Counted from the stretch's first letter, positions 1-9,236 are shown. The stretch is DNA of 64,000 nucleotides from an uncultured Acidimicrobiaceae bacterium (GCA_963730735.1 CAVSSX010000010.1:61619-125618), one strand, 5' to 3'. The notes: a model not told the origin generated them from the letters alone. Made by a program: numbers and translations.

Positions 1-96
1 AATATTGAAATACTTGACACCACGGCTCGGTCACTCCACGATATCTGCCAGGTTCGTGGGCAGTATTTATTGTTTTTCCACTAACTCGATTGAACG

Positions 97-1593
97 ATGA
101 GGCGGGCACCGTTGACCGACAGATTCCAGCCTCGGGTGTCCGATGCCGTCCGCCCGGGGGCGACGGACCAGGCGACACGTCCCACCGGCGCTCCGGCCCG
201 GCCCACCGGTTCCGCGCTGTCTCCTCCGCCGACAGCGGGTGCCGGTCGGGCCGGGCGGGAGCGTTCGGCCTCCCGGGCCCGCACCCGGCGTGCCGCCATC
301 GGCGACGCCTTCCTCCTCCTGGTCGGCGCCGGCCTCGGGGTCACCCTGGGGCTGGCCATCGTGGCCGAGAGCCGCCAGGCCCTGGCGGCCCCCGGTGGCG
401 TGGCCACGGCCGCCGCCCGGTTCTCCGGCCTGGTCGCCGCCTACCTCCTCCTGGTCATGGTGCTGGTCATGGCCCGCATCCCGGTCATCGAGCGCTCGGT
501 CGGGCAGATCCGCCTGGCCCGGTGGCACCGCCGCATCGGCGGCTGGCCCATCCTGCTGGTGGCCGCCCACGCCATCCTCGTGACCTGGGCCGTGGCCGTC
601 ACCTCCCGGAGCGGCTTCGGCCCGACGCTGGTGCGGTTCCTGCGGACCTACCCCGACCTCCTGGCGGCCACGGTCGGCTTCGCCCTGCTGGTGGCCATCG
701 GGGTCAGCTCCTACCGGCGCTGCCGCCGCCGGCTGCGCTACGAGACGTGGTGGGCCCTCCACCTCTACGTGTACCTGGCCCTGGCCCTGTCCTTCCCCCA
801 CGAGATGCTCGGGGCGTCGTTCGCCCAGCACCCCCTGACCCGGGTGTGGTGGGCCACCATGTGGGGCCTGACCATCGGGCTGGTCGTCCTCTACCGCATC
901 GTCCTGCCGGTCCGCCGGACCTTCACCCACCGCCTGCGGGTGGCGTGGGTCCGCCAGGAGAGCCCCGGCGTCACCTCGATCATCTGCCGGGGCCGGCACC
1001 TCGAGCGCCTGCAGCTGGAAGGCGGCCAGTTCTGCCAGTGGCGCTTCCTCACCCGGGGCATGTGGTGGCAGGCCCACCCCTACTCGGTCTCGGCCCTCCC
1101 CCGGCCGCCCTTCATCCGCCTCACGGTCAAGAGCCTCGGGGACCACAGCCACGGGCTGTCCACCATCCCCCTCGGGACCCGGGTGGCCATCGAGGGCCCC
1201 TACGGCAGCTTCACCCGCCACGCCGTCGCCGGCGACGCCGTGGCCCTCATCGGGGCCGGGGTGGGGGTCACCCCGCTCCGGGCCCTGCTCGAGGACCTGC
1301 CGCCCAGCGTGGACGCCTCGGTGGTCCTGCGGGCCACCACCCCCGAGGACCTGCCCCTCTCCGATGAGTTCGCCGGGCTGATCGAGCAGCGGGACGGCCA
1401 ACTGCACGAGGTGATGGGCCCGGGCGGGTCGGTGAGGATGGACGAGCCGCTGTTGGCCCGCCTCATCCCCGACCTGGCCTCGAGGGACGTGTTCGTCTGC
1501 GGACCGGCCCGGTTCACCGCCGACGTGCTGGCCGCCGTCCGGGCGCTGGGCACGCCGGCCCACCGCATCCACCACGAGGCGTTCGCCTTCTGA
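97..1593 (+). CDS. Ferric-reductase-like transmembrane protein fused to an FAD/NAD(P)-binding oxidoreductase domain
   Basis: Single 498-aa ORF. The N-terminal half is multi-pass hydrophobic with His-bearing helices (WHRRIGGWPILLVAAHAIL, WWALHLYVYLALALSFPHE). The C-terminal half has FNR-type motifs (HPYSVS, RLTVKSLGDHS, GPYG, LIGAGVGVTP). The first ~60 aa are Arg/Pro-rich, so the true start may lie downstream. Confidence 0.8.
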   Translation: MRRAPLTDRFQPRVSDAVRPGATDQATRPTGAPARPTGSALSPPPTAGAGRAGRERSASRARTRRAAIGDAFLLLVGAGLGVTLGLAIVAESRQALAAPGGVATAAARFSGLVAAYLLLVMVLVMARIPVIERSVGQIRLARWHRRIGGWPILLVAAHAILVTWAVAVTSRSGFGPTLVRFLRTYPDLLAATVGFALLVAIGVSSYRRCRRRLRYETWWALHLYVYLALALSFPHEMLGASFAQHPLTRVWWATMWGLTIGLVVLYRIVLPVRRTFTHRLRVAWVRQESPGVTSIICRGRHLERLQLEGGQFCQWRFLTRGMWWQAHPYSVSALPRPPFIRLTVKSLGDHSHGLSTIPLGTRVAIEGPYGSFTRHAVAGDAVALIGAGVGVTPLRALLEDLPPSVDASVVLRATTPEDLPLSDEFAGLIEQRDGQLHEVMGPGGSVRMDEPLLARLIPDLASRDVFVCGPARFTADVLAAVRALGTPAHRIHHEAFAF

Positions 1594-2231
1594 TGGTCGG
1601 TCGAGCCGTGTGGCGGGCCCGCCGGGCCATCCTGATCCTGAGCGGCACGCTCGGCGCCATGCTCCTGGTCCTCGAGTTCCACACCCCGGATGCGTCCCAC
1701 CCGGCCGGGCGCCGGTCGGCGCCGTCGGTGGCCATGCCCGACACCACCGCCACCACCGACCCGGGCCCGCCGACCACCACCGGGCCCGACACCGAGCCCA
1801 CCACCCTCCCGTCCACCGCCCCGACGCCAGCCGGCGGGTCGGCCCCCACCACGACGGTGCCCACCACGACGGCCGCCCCTCCGGCAGCCTCGTCCACGCC
1901 GGCGAGCTCGGGTGAGGCCCCCACGCCTTCGGCCGGCAACCCGCCGACCAGCGCAAACGCCACCGTCGAGGCCCCGGCGGTCGTGGCCCCCACGACCTCA
2001 ACCTCTACTTCAACGTCAACCTCGACCACACCGACCACCACCCCGTCGACCACCACCACGACGACCACGCCGGCCACCACCCTCCGTCCCTCGGTGGCCG
2101 GCCAGCGGGCCACGACCCGGACACCGGGGACGGCCACGGTGACCCCGCCGACCACGACGCCCCGAACCCTCTCGAGACGCAGCGGGGGGAGCACCCGCCC
2201 GGCCGGGCGGGTCACCCACACCGCCCCGTAG
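1593..2231 (+). CDS. Membrane-anchored Thr/Pro-rich low-complexity protein
   Basis: ATG overlaps the upstream TGA (TGATG). It has an N-terminal TM/signal-like helix ([18 protein letters not shown]) followed by ~170 aa of T/P/S-rich sequence. I found no FMN-binding domain in any frame. Confidence 0.5.
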   Translation: MVGRAVWRARRAILILSGTLGAMLLVLEFHTPDASHPAGRRSAPSVAMPDTTATTDPGPPTTTGPDTEPTTLPSTAPTPAGGSAPTTTVPTTTAAPPAASSTPASSGEAPTPSAGNPPTSANATVEAPAVVAPTTSTSTSTSTSTTPTTTPSTTTTTTTPATTLRPSVAGQRATTRTPGTATVTPPTTTPRTLSRRSGGSTRPAGRVTHTAP

Positions 2232-2353
2232 GGGGCCGCCGGCGGGCAACCGGAGGGGCGTCAGAATCGTCATCCAACTGCCCCACACCGCTGCCCGGCC
2301 ACCTGACAAGGTGGCGTCGAGGCGACCGTCGCCACTCGACAGGAGGATGCGCC

Positions 2354-3178
2354 ATGCGGACACTGACCACTCCCGACGGCGTCGTGATCGCCTACAAGGA
2401 CTGGGGCTCGGGCCAGCCGATCGTGTTCAGCCACGGGTGGCCCCTGTGCTCGGACGACTGGGACGCCCAGCTGCTGTTCTTCGTGAACCACGGCTACCGG
2501 GTGGTGGCCCACGACCGCCGCGGCCACGGGCGCTCGATGCAGACGGGCGAGGGGCACGACATGGACCACTACGCCGACGACCTGGCGGCGGTGGTCGAGC
2601 ATCTCGACCTGCACGACGCCGTCCACGTCGGCCACTCGACCGGGGGCGGCGAAGTGGTCCGCTACCTGGCCCGGCACGGCGAGAGCCGGGTGGCCAAGGC
2701 CGTGCTGATCAGCTCGGTCCCCCCGTTGATGCTGAAGACCGAGGCCAACCCGGGGGGCCTCGACAAGGAGGTCTTCGACGGGTTCCAGGTCCAGGTGGCC
2801 ACCAACCGGGCCCAGTTCTACCGCGACCTGCCCGAAGGCCCCTTCTACGGCTTCAACCGGCCCGGGGCCACCGTCTACCCGGGCGTCATCGACAACTGGT
2901 GGCGACAGGGCATGATCGGCGGCGCCAAGGCCCACTACGACGGCATCGTGGCCTTCTCCCAGACCGACTTCACCGAGGACCTGAAGGGCATCTCGGTGCC
3001 GGTGCTGGTCATGCACGGGGACGACGACCAGATCGTGCCGTATGCCGATTCCGGACCGCTGTCGGCCAAGCTGGTGCAGAACGGGACGCTCAAGACCTAT
3101 CCCGGCTTCCCCCACGGCATGCCGACGACCGAGGCGGCGACCATCAACGCCGACCTGCTGGCGTTCATCCAGAGCTGA
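2354..3178 (+). CDS. Alpha/beta hydrolase, non-haem chloroperoxidase/arylesterase-like family
   Basis: 274-aa ORF. N-terminus [20 protein letters not shown], nucleophile elbow GHSTGGGE, and C-terminal HGDDDQIVP...GFPHGM typical of this family. Confidence 0.9.
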   Translation: MRTLTTPDGVVIAYKDWGSGQPIVFSHGWPLCSDDWDAQLLFFVNHGYRVVAHDRRGHGRSMQTGEGHDMDHYADDLAAVVEHLDLHDAVHVGHSTGGGEVVRYLARHGESRVAKAVLISSVPPLMLKTEANPGGLDKEVFDGFQVQVATNRAQFYRDLPEGPFYGFNRPGATVYPGVIDNWWRQGMIGGAKAHYDGIVAFSQTDFTEDLKGISVPVLVMHGDDDQIVPYADSGPLSAKLVQNGTLKTYPGFPHGMPTTEAATINADLLAFIQS

Positions 3179-3247
3179 GCGGGCGGCCGGGACGTCTCGG
3201 ACCGGAATTCGCAGTTCCAGGGGATGTTTCACGTTCTCGCGGCAGAC

Positions 3248-3274
3248 TGTCGATCGCGGGGCGGCCCGCTCGTC
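3248..3274 (+). promoter_or_regulatory. Candidate ECF-type promoter (TGTCGA-N17-CGTC) upstream of the yciI-like/sigma operon
   Basis: TGTCGA at 3248-3253, a 17-nt spacer, then CGTC at 3271-3274, about 50 nt upstream of the 3327 start. It resembles ECF41/42-type -35/-10 elements as I recall them. Not verified. Confidence 0.3.
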
Positions 3275-3326
3275 GTATCAGGTGAGCGGCCCCACAGGTC
3301 GGGCCGACCGACAAGGGAGGACAGCA

Positions 3327-3674
3327 ATGGCCGAATACTTGATCCTGATCTACGGGGACGAATCGGCGGTGGGCACGACCGCGGCCGACGGCGACGAGCA
3401 GCTCGGGCAGGCCCACGCCGACTTCGCCGAGGCCAACGGATCGGCGCTGCGGGGTGGCAACGCCCTCCAGCTCACGTCCACCGCCACCTCGATCCGCCGC
3501 CAGGCGTCCGGGGAGTTCACGGTGACCGACGGGGCGTTCGCCGAGACCAAGGAGGCCCTGGGCGGGTACTACCTGATCGAGGCGGCCGACCTCGACGAGG
3601 CCCTGGCCATCGCCAAGCAGGTCCCGATGCCCAACGGTGGCGTCGAGGTCCGGCCGATCTGGAACATGGGCTGA
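3327..3674 (+). CDS. YciI-like / DGPF-domain protein
   Basis: ATG at 3327 is preceded by AAGGGAGG. The 115-aa product (MAEYLILIYGDE...GGYYLIEAADLDEALAIAKQ...VEVRPI) matches the YCII/DGPF fold family. Confidence 0.85.
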   Translation: MAEYLILIYGDESAVGTTAADGDEQLGQAHADFAEANGSALRGGNALQLTSTATSIRRQASGEFTVTDGAFAETKEALGGYYLIEAADLDEALAIAKQVPMPNGGVEVRPIWNMG

Positions 3675-4925
3675 TCGGGGCGTCGGCACCCGGCAGGACG
3701 GCCGCCGAGGCGGCCGTCGCCGATGCGCACCGTCGCGAGTGGGCCTTCGTGCTCGCCGCGACGGTGCGCGTCACCGGCGACCTCGACGTGGCCGAGGAGT
3801 GCGTCCAGGACGCCTACGCCAGCGCGCTGGTCCGCTGGCCGGCCGACGGGATCCCGCTCGCGCCCCGGCGCCTGGCTGACCACCGTCGCCCGCCGGCGGG
3901 CCATCGACGTGGCCCGTCGTCGCACGACCCACGACCGGACGCTGCCGCTGCTGGTCGAGCGGGCCGAGGTGCCCGGACCCGAGCTCCCCGGCGCACCGAC
4001 GGTGGTCGACGACCGGCTCCGCCTGATCTTCACGTGTTGCCACCCGGCCCTGTCGACCGAGGCCCAGGTGGCGCTCACCCTCCGCCTGGTCTGCGGGCTG
4101 ACCACGGCCGAGGTCGCGCGGGCGTTCCTGGTCAGCGAGCCGACGATGGCGGCGAGGCTCACCCGGGCCAAGAAGAAGATCAGCGCCGCCCGGATCCCCT
4201 ACCGGGTCCCGCCGCTCGAGGAGCTGCCGGCCCGGACCGACGCCGTGCTGACCGTGGTCCACCTGCTCTTCGCCACCGGGCACACGGCGCCGTCGGGCGC
4301 CGACCTGCTCCGGCTCGACCTGGTCGAGCGGGCCCTCGACCTGGCCCGCATCCTGCGGGACCTGCTCCCCGACGACGGGGACGTCGCCGGCCTGCTGGCC
4401 CTCATCCTGCTCACCGACGCCCGGCGCTCGACCCGGGTGGGCGCCGACGGCGCCCTGGTGCTCCTGGCCGACCAGGACCGGTCCGGCTGGGACCGCACCG
4501 CCATCGTCGAAGGGGTGGGGTTGGTCCACGAAGCGTTGCGGCGACGGCCCCCGGGACGGTTCGCCCTCATGGCGGCCATCGCCGCCGTGCACGCCGAGGC
4601 GCCCGAGTGGGACGCCACCGACTGGCGACAGATCGTCGAGCTCTACGACCTGCTGCTGCGCATCTGGCCCTCGCCGGTCGTCGCCCTCAACCGGGCCGTC
4701 GCCGTGGGCCTGGCCGACGGTCCGGCCGCCGGACTTGCCCAGCTCGATGGGCTGGCCGAGGAGCCGGTGCTCGCCACCTACAGCTACCTGGCCGCCGCCC
4801 GGGCCGACTTCCTGCGCCAGCTCGGGCGCACCGAAGAAGCTCGCGCCGCCTACGAGGAGGCCCGACTGTTGAACGAGAATGCCGTCGAGCGGGAGTTCCT
4901 CGCCGCCCGCCTCGACGGGCTGTGA
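3671..4925 (+). pseudogene. ECF42-type sigma factor with a long C-terminal TPR-like extension; frame broken near 3863-3866
   Basis: Sigma region 2 (HRREWAFVLAATVRVTGDLDVAEECVQDAYASALVRWPADGIP) is in frame 2. The rest (PGAWLTTVARRRAIDVARRR...region 4 GLTTAEVARAFLVSEPTMAARLTRAKKKI plus a ~200-aa helical tail) is in frame 0. The junction is a CCCC run at 3863-3866, so one extra base is implied. There is no ATG/GTG start in the N-terminal frame (CTG at 3671), so the start is unresolved. Confidence 0.8.
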
Positions 4926-4944
4926 CCGAGAGGACGTGCGGTCC

Positions 4945-5142
4945 CTACGCCTGCGTCCCCGAGCCCACCGAACGCCGGCGCCACGCCACGAGGTCGGCCA
5001 CGACGGTGGCCAGGATGCCGACGATGAGGATCGCCTGCACGACCACCATGGCCGTCGGTCGATGCCCGGACAGCTCCACCCCTACCATGACCAGCACGGC
5101 CACCGCCAGGACCACCCGGACCCACAGCCACTTGGTCAGCAT
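4945..5142 (-). CDS. Small two-TM membrane protein (hypothetical)
   Basis: Internal ATG at 5142 gives 65 aa (MLTKWLWVRVVLAVAVLVMVGV...AILIVGILATVVADLVAW) with two clear hydrophobic helices. No homology recognised. Confidence 0.4.
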   Translation of the reverse strand: MLTKWLWVRVVLAVAVLVMVGVELSGHRPTAMVVVQAILIVGILATVVADLVAWRRRSVGSGTQA

Positions 5143-5400
5143 CGCTGCTCCCGGCGCTCGCTGGTGCCGGTGTCTGTGGCCATCGGTTCCTCCAATCCGA
5201 CCCAGTACCATCCCGGGTCGTCGACTGGCTGTCGGCTGCGGTCAGTCTTCCCGGTCGCCCGACCACGAAAACGTCGCAGCGAGCGAGCACGGGTGCGACA
5301 ATCGTGCTCGTCCCACCGGGGCCAGCATCCAATGTCTGCTTTCGGGCGAGCAGCACCAGTTCGATTGCCCGTCGCCCACGTCCACGCTTCGGAGGCCGCT

Positions 5401-6057
5401 ATGTCCCAGGTCCGGGTCCACAACTTCTCTGTCTCACTGGACGGGTTCGGCACCGGGGAGGGCATGACCTTCGAGGACCCGTTCGGCCACGCCAAGCAAC
5501 GCCTGCATGAGTGGTTCTTCCCCACCCGATGCTTTCGCTCGATGATCGGCCAGCCCGGTGGCACCGTCGGCATCGACAACGCCTTCGCCGAGCGCAACTT
5601 CGTAGGGGTCGGGGCGGAGATCATGGGCCGAGGAAAGTTCGGGCCCCAATCGGGCCCGTGGACCGACCTCGGCGCCGACGACGAGTGGCAGGGCTGGTGG
5701 GGGCCGAACCCGCCGTTCCACACCCCGGTGTTCGTGCTGACGCACCACCCACGCCCGTCGATCGAGATGGAGGGCGGCACGGTGTTCCACTTCGTCGACG
5801 CCAGCCCCGAGGAGGCGCTCGACCTGGCCCGCCAGGCCGCCGGTGACCTCGACGTGCGCATCGGTGGTGGCCCGACCATGGTCCGAGAATTCCTGGCCGC
5901 CGATCTCATCGACAGTCTGCACCTCGCCGTGGTGCCGATCGTGCTCGGCCGCGGCGCTCGTCTGTGGGACGGACTCGAGGGCGTCGAGACGCGCTTCGAC
6001 GTCGAGACCGTGGCGTCACCGAGCGGCGTCATGCACCTGACTTTCACCCGCCGGTAG
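5401..6057 (+). CDS. Dihydrofolate-reductase-family protein (RibD C-terminal domain type)
   Basis: ATG at 5401 is preceded by GGAGG. The sequence (VHNFSVSLDGFGTGEG...EIMGRGKF...VRIGGGPTMVREFLAADLIDSLHLAVVPIVLGRG) is typical of the family. Confidence 0.85.
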   Translation: MSQVRVHNFSVSLDGFGTGEGMTFEDPFGHAKQRLHEWFFPTRCFRSMIGQPGGTVGIDNAFAERNFVGVGAEIMGRGKFGPQSGPWTDLGADDEWQGWWGPNPPFHTPVFVLTHHPRPSIEMEGGTVFHFVDASPEEALDLARQAAGDLDVRIGGGPTMVREFLAADLIDSLHLAVVPIVLGRGARLWDGLEGVETRFDVETVASPSGVMHLTFTRR

Positions 6058-6626
6058 CCAATCCCCCACGGTCCGACTGCGTGAGGGGAGCCGGGGGTCC
6101 GCCGCTACCGCGACAGCCGGATGGGTCCCGCTGCCGTCGGCGTACACCCACCCAGCCCGGCACCTACTACGCCACACGCCGGGGGTCGGGACCTGATCTG
6201 CGTTCTCGCCACCCAACCCAGTGAACCGTCGAGTTTTCGCACGACAGCGCGGCGACGTTCCGAATCGAGATATCCGCAGCACCGACCGGTCCCGAGCCTC
6301 GGCAGCTCCGGATACTGCGTCAGTACCGTCAGTTCCGGGGGCGACCTCCCCACCGCCTACGTCCTTGTGGACGTGAGCGCCACCGAGAGCCTCAAGATTC
6401 TCGCCAACTCGTGCGAACAAGGATCCGCTTTGGCGAGGGCGGCCCTCGCCCATGTCGCTGGTCGATGAGCCCGCGTCTCGTAGCAGGGCGAGTTCCGATA
6501 GGTCAGCGACCGCCGACACGATCGTGCGAAACCGATCAGGACGACGAACGGCCTTCTCCCGGGCGAGCACTCGCACTCCCCTCGGATGGTGGCCCTGTCC
6601 CAGCGGCAACTCTGAGCTAGGTGATG

Positions 6627-6700
6627 CGCCCCCGGCACGACTCGAACGCGCAACCTGGTGGGTAGAAGCCACCCGCTCTATCCAGTTGAGCTACAGGGGC
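6627..6700 (-). tRNA. tRNA-Arg (anticodon TCT)
   Basis: A 74-nt cloverleaf was folded by hand. Acceptor GCCCCTG/CGGGGGC, D-arm GCTC..GAGC, anticodon stem GGTGG/CCACC with loop CTTCTAC, T-arm GCGCG-TTCGAGT-CGTGC, discriminator G. CCA is not encoded. Confidence 0.9.
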
Positions 6701-6775
6701 AGAGAGGAAAGCCTAACGGGCCGACCGGGCCGAGAGCTGCCACCCTCGGTGGTTCCTGCACGTGGCAGCCGCGGC

Positions 6776-7213
6776 TCAGCGATCGAGCCAGCGCTCGAAC
6801 TGACACTTGGCCGCCCGGGAGTCGGCGCCCTCGCGGTACAGCCAGGAGATCCGGCCCATCCATCCCCATTTCCCGTTGGCCACCGAGAAGTAGATCCGGA
6901 GATACGCCATCCTCGTCACCGTGCCGTGCGTCGACACGATGAGCTTGATCTCGGTCGGGACGTGACTCTCGTCGATCAGCTGCGAACGCGCCTCGGCGAG
7001 ACTGGAGGCCCCGAGGACCCGCTCGCGGTCACGGACCTCGACCGTCACACCCTGCTTGGCCCCGTACGGGCTGACCGTCTGCCGCAGGTAGTGCTCGACG
7101 GCTTGATAGCGCGACCAGTCCCACTCGGAATCGATCCAACGGACCCGCGCCCGCGTTCGAGTCCCGACCGGCATGGCGGACATTCTGGCCCACCGAGAGC
7201 CTTGCACGCTCAT
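6776..7213 (-). CDS. Hypothetical protein (orphan, between two tRNA genes)
   Basis: 145-aa ORF with non-repetitive, balanced composition (…WIDSEWDWSRYQAVEHYLRQTVSPYGAKQGVTVEVRDRE…). Alternative starts at 7183 and 7174. No family recognised. Confidence 0.5.
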   Translation of the reverse strand: MSVQGSRWARMSAMPVGTRTRARVRWIDSEWDWSRYQAVEHYLRQTVSPYGAKQGVTVEVRDRERVLGASSLAEARSQLIDESHVPTEIKLIVSTHGTVTRMAYLRIYFSVANGKWGWMGRISWLYREGADSRAAKCQFERWLDR

Positions 7214-7409
7214 GCGATCGGGCGCGTGTCACCCCCGACCACCTGCGGTTATGTGCAACAGCCGTTCCTTGTGGCCGACGAGACCTACCCCCGTCCGGAC
7301 CGCCGCCAAACCTGCAAGGGGGGTGCGCCGGATCGAGTGCGGCCGGCGACCCTTGGAGGCGCGGCGGGCGGGCGGCCCGGGTGCATCGGTGTGGCACACT
7401 GGGCGCCTT

Positions 7410-7487
7410 GGTGGGCGTAGCTCAGCAGGTTAGAGCGCCAGGTCGTGGCCCTGGAGGCCGGGGGTTCAAGTCCCCTCGCTCACCCCA
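7410..7487 (+). tRNA. tRNA-His (anticodon GTG), with encoded G-1 and CCA
   Basis: G-1 plus acceptor GTGGGCG/CGCTCAC, anticodon stem CCAGG/CCTGG with loop TCGTGGC, T-loop TTCAAGT, discriminator C pairing with G-1, and a 3' CCA present. Confidence 0.9.
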
Positions 7488-7492
7488 CTGCA

Positions 7493-7519
7493 CCGGCCCC
7501 GGCGTCCTGCCGGGGCCGG
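7493..7519 (+). terminator. GC-rich hairpin immediately after tRNA-His
   Basis: Perfect 11-bp stem CCGGCCCCGGC / GCCGGGGCCGG with a 5-nt loop. There is no U-tract, so function as an intrinsic terminator is uncertain. Confidence 0.4.
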
Positions 7520-7620
7520 TCGCCGTTGCGGCCCCGACGGGGTAGCGGCGGCGGCGACCGGGGGCCCGACGGGGGCGGACCGGTGCCGGGGGTGGTCGCC
7601 GATGGCGGCAGAATGGAGCC

Positions 7621-8265
7621 ATGACGTCGATCTCCGGGGGCCCCGCACAGACCTCGGGCGGCGCCGCCCAACGCCAGCACATCCTGGACACGGCGCTGTC
7701 ACTGATGGCCCAGCGGGGCGTCGACGGCACCAGCATGCGCGACCTGGCCACGGCCGCCGGCTTGAACGTGGCGTCGATCTACCACTACTTCCCGTCCAAG
7801 CGCGACCTGCTGGTCAGCGTCCTGGCCGAGCGGGGATTGATCGAGGGTCTCTCGGCATCGGCACCCCCACCCTTCGACGACGTCGTGACGGCCGTGCCGG
7901 CCGACGCCGACCCGGCCGGGGTCCTGACCGGGTTGATGGACGACATGCTGCAGTCGATGCTCGAAGTCGAGGACTTCGTCCGGCTGATGCTGGGCGAGGT
8001 CATGCGGGGCGACGACACCGCCCACCTCGTCGGCCACGAGCTGCTGGACACCACGCAGGAATCGCTCGAGCGCTGGCTGTCCGATACGCAGCCCGAGCTG
8101 TGCCGCCGCTCCGGCGCCCCGGCCGCCGCCCGGGTGCTGCGGGCCGTGCTCATCGGGACCTTCTTCGAGCACGTGGCCGGAGTGCTCGACGACAAGGGCG
8201 ACCCGTCGGCGGCCTTCCGGCGACGGGCCGAGGAGACCACCGCCGTCCTCGATCCGGGCGCCTGA
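7621..8265 (+). CDS. TetR-family transcriptional regulator
   Basis: N-terminal HTH: ILDTALSLMAQRGVDGTSMRDLATAAGLNVASIYHYFPSKRDLL. Confidence 0.9.
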   Translation: MTSISGGPAQTSGGAAQRQHILDTALSLMAQRGVDGTSMRDLATAAGLNVASIYHYFPSKRDLLVSVLAERGLIEGLSASAPPPFDDVVTAVPADADPAGVLTGLMDDMLQSMLEVEDFVRLMLGEVMRGDDTAHLVGHELLDTTQESLERWLSDTQPELCRRSGAPAAARVLRAVLIGTFFEHVAGVLDDKGDPSAAFRRRAEETTAVLDPGA

Positions 8266-8269
8266 CCGG

Positions 8270-8899
8270 CTAGCGGGGCCCGAACCCGAGCCGGCGGTCG
8301 GGCAACCGGCTGAGCGACGCCCCCGGCTGCTCGACCTCGTCGATCAGGCCGTGGTCCCTGGCCTCTTCGGGCGACCAGATGGCGCCGGCGTCGAACTCGG
8401 CGGCGACCTCCGCCGACGTCCAGCCGACGGCGTCGGCCAGCCGATCACAGAACTGCTCCCACTGGCGCCGCTGGGCGTCGGCCCACCGCTCGAGGTCGCT
8501 CGCCCGGGCCGAGTAGCTGGCCTCGGGCTGGCGGACGATGAACACGGCGTGCGGCGTCGCCGTGCGGTGACTGCCGACGGCGAGCACGCCGAGGGCCGGG
8601 CCACCGACCCGACCCCGGGCCGACACGGTCACCGGCACGCCGAGGAGGTCGATCACGTCCATGAGGGCGAGCGCGGCGTCGACGTCCCCGTCGGGGCTGT
8701 CGAGGTGCACGGTCACCCGCTCGTCGCCACTGGCATCGAGCGTCATCAGCTCCATGGCCGCCTCGGCCGACGTCGCCCCGTCGAGCCGGCCCGAGACGAG
8801 CACCACCCGCCGGGCGAAGAGGTGACTGCGGACGACGTCGCCGAAACCGCCCGACCCGGCACGGGGATCGGCGAAGGGGTCACCGGGGCCGCCCCTCAT
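8270..8899 (-). CDS. ClpP-like protein lacking the catalytic triad (pseudo-protease)
   Basis: It aligns by eye to ClpP along its whole length (RRVVLVSGRLDG..VHLDSPDGDVDAALALMDVIDLL..EEARDHGLIDEV). The catalytic positions read GRVGGPA (Ser to Gly), FIVRQP (His to Arg) and EFDAGAIWS (Asp lost). The ATG at 8899 overlaps the upstream TGA (ATGA). Confidence 0.75.
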   Translation of the reverse strand: MRGGPGDPFADPRAGSGGFGDVVRSHLFARRVVLVSGRLDGATSAEAAMELMTLDASGDERVTVHLDSPDGDVDAALALMDVIDLLGVPVTVSARGRVGGPALGVLAVGSHRTATPHAVFIVRQPEASYSARASDLERWADAQRRQWEQFCDRLADAVGWTSAEVAAEFDAGAIWSPEEARDHGLIDEVEQPGASLSRLPDRRLGFGPR

Positions 8900-9159
8900 G
8901 CCTCGGGCTCCCCGGCCCGCCATTCGAGCGTCCAGCCGATGGCGGCGGCGTAACGCTCCAGGGTCGATAGGCGTACGTCGCCGTTGCCCGCCTCGAGACG
9001 GGCGACCGCCGATTGCGAGGTCCCCATACGCGCCGCCACCTCGGTCTGGGAGAGCCCGAGCTCCCGGCGCCGACCGACGAGCTCGACCGACAGCGCCCGC
9101 CGACGGGTCGCCATCTCCCCGAAGCCCGGGAACACCGGCTCGTGACGTCGCTCGCTCAT
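8896..9159 (-). CDS. XRE (Cro/CI)-family HTH regulator, ClgR/PopR-like by context
   Basis: 87 aa with [54 protein letters not shown] lies upstream of the ATG at 9159. It is translationally coupled to the ClpP-like gene and divergent from clpP. Confidence 0.8.
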   Translation of the reverse strand: MSERRHEPVFPGFGEMATRRRALSVELVGRRRELGLSQTEVAARMGTSQSAVARLEAGNGDVRLSTLERYAAAIGWTLEWRAGEPEA

Positions 9160-9220
9160 CCCCGTCCTCTCCACCATCGGGCCTCGGCACGGCTCCGGCT
9201 GCTCGACCGGTGCGACGCCG

Positions 9221-9236
9221 TACCTCACGTATGGTA
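9221..9236. promoter_or_regulatory. Imperfect palindrome in the HTH/clpP divergent intergenic region (candidate operator)
   Basis: TACCTCACGTATGGTA, i.e. TACCnnACGTnnGGTA with 12/16 symmetric positions. It is followed by the only AT-rich patch of the 144-bp spacer (TCTTGTTTGATATATCC). Confidence 0.3.

Noticed and set aside
67-2001. Very long ORFs such as 67..2001(-), 3224..5467(+), 14613..16286(-), 19638..21551(+), 27668..30004(-), 45146..47098(+), 50094..52115(-), 52997..55318(+) and the upstream 2.1 kb of 23706..27086(-).
   Set aside because: Their translations are Arg/Gly/Pro/Ala-rich low-complexity sequence with no family resemblance. Each lies antisense to, or out of frame with, a gene that has clear motifs and high GC3. 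These are typical stop-poor shadow ORFs of ~70% GC DNA.
5215-5229. A ZTP (pfl) riboswitch-like box, GGGTCGTCGACTGGC (compare GGGUCGUGACUGGCG), upstream of the DHFR-family gene, with a later ACCGGGGCC.
   Set aside because: The 3' pseudoknot element (CCGCCUGGGC-like) is absent before the 5401 start. The core has an insertion. The downstream gene family is not a typical ZTP-regulated gene. This is probably a chance match; an Rfam RF01750 scan would settle it.
6058-6626. An integrase gene remnant next to the tRNA-Arg 3' end. The minus-frame peptide ...ALLRDAGSSTSDMGEG...ENLEALGGAHVH... vaguely recalls the C-terminal LL.AG...LGH...Y.H region of tyrosine recombinases.
   Set aside because: The similarity is limited to a few residues. 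I could find no catalytic R..H..R..Y context and no extended ORF. I kept only the weaker statement that the region is non-coding and GC-depressed.
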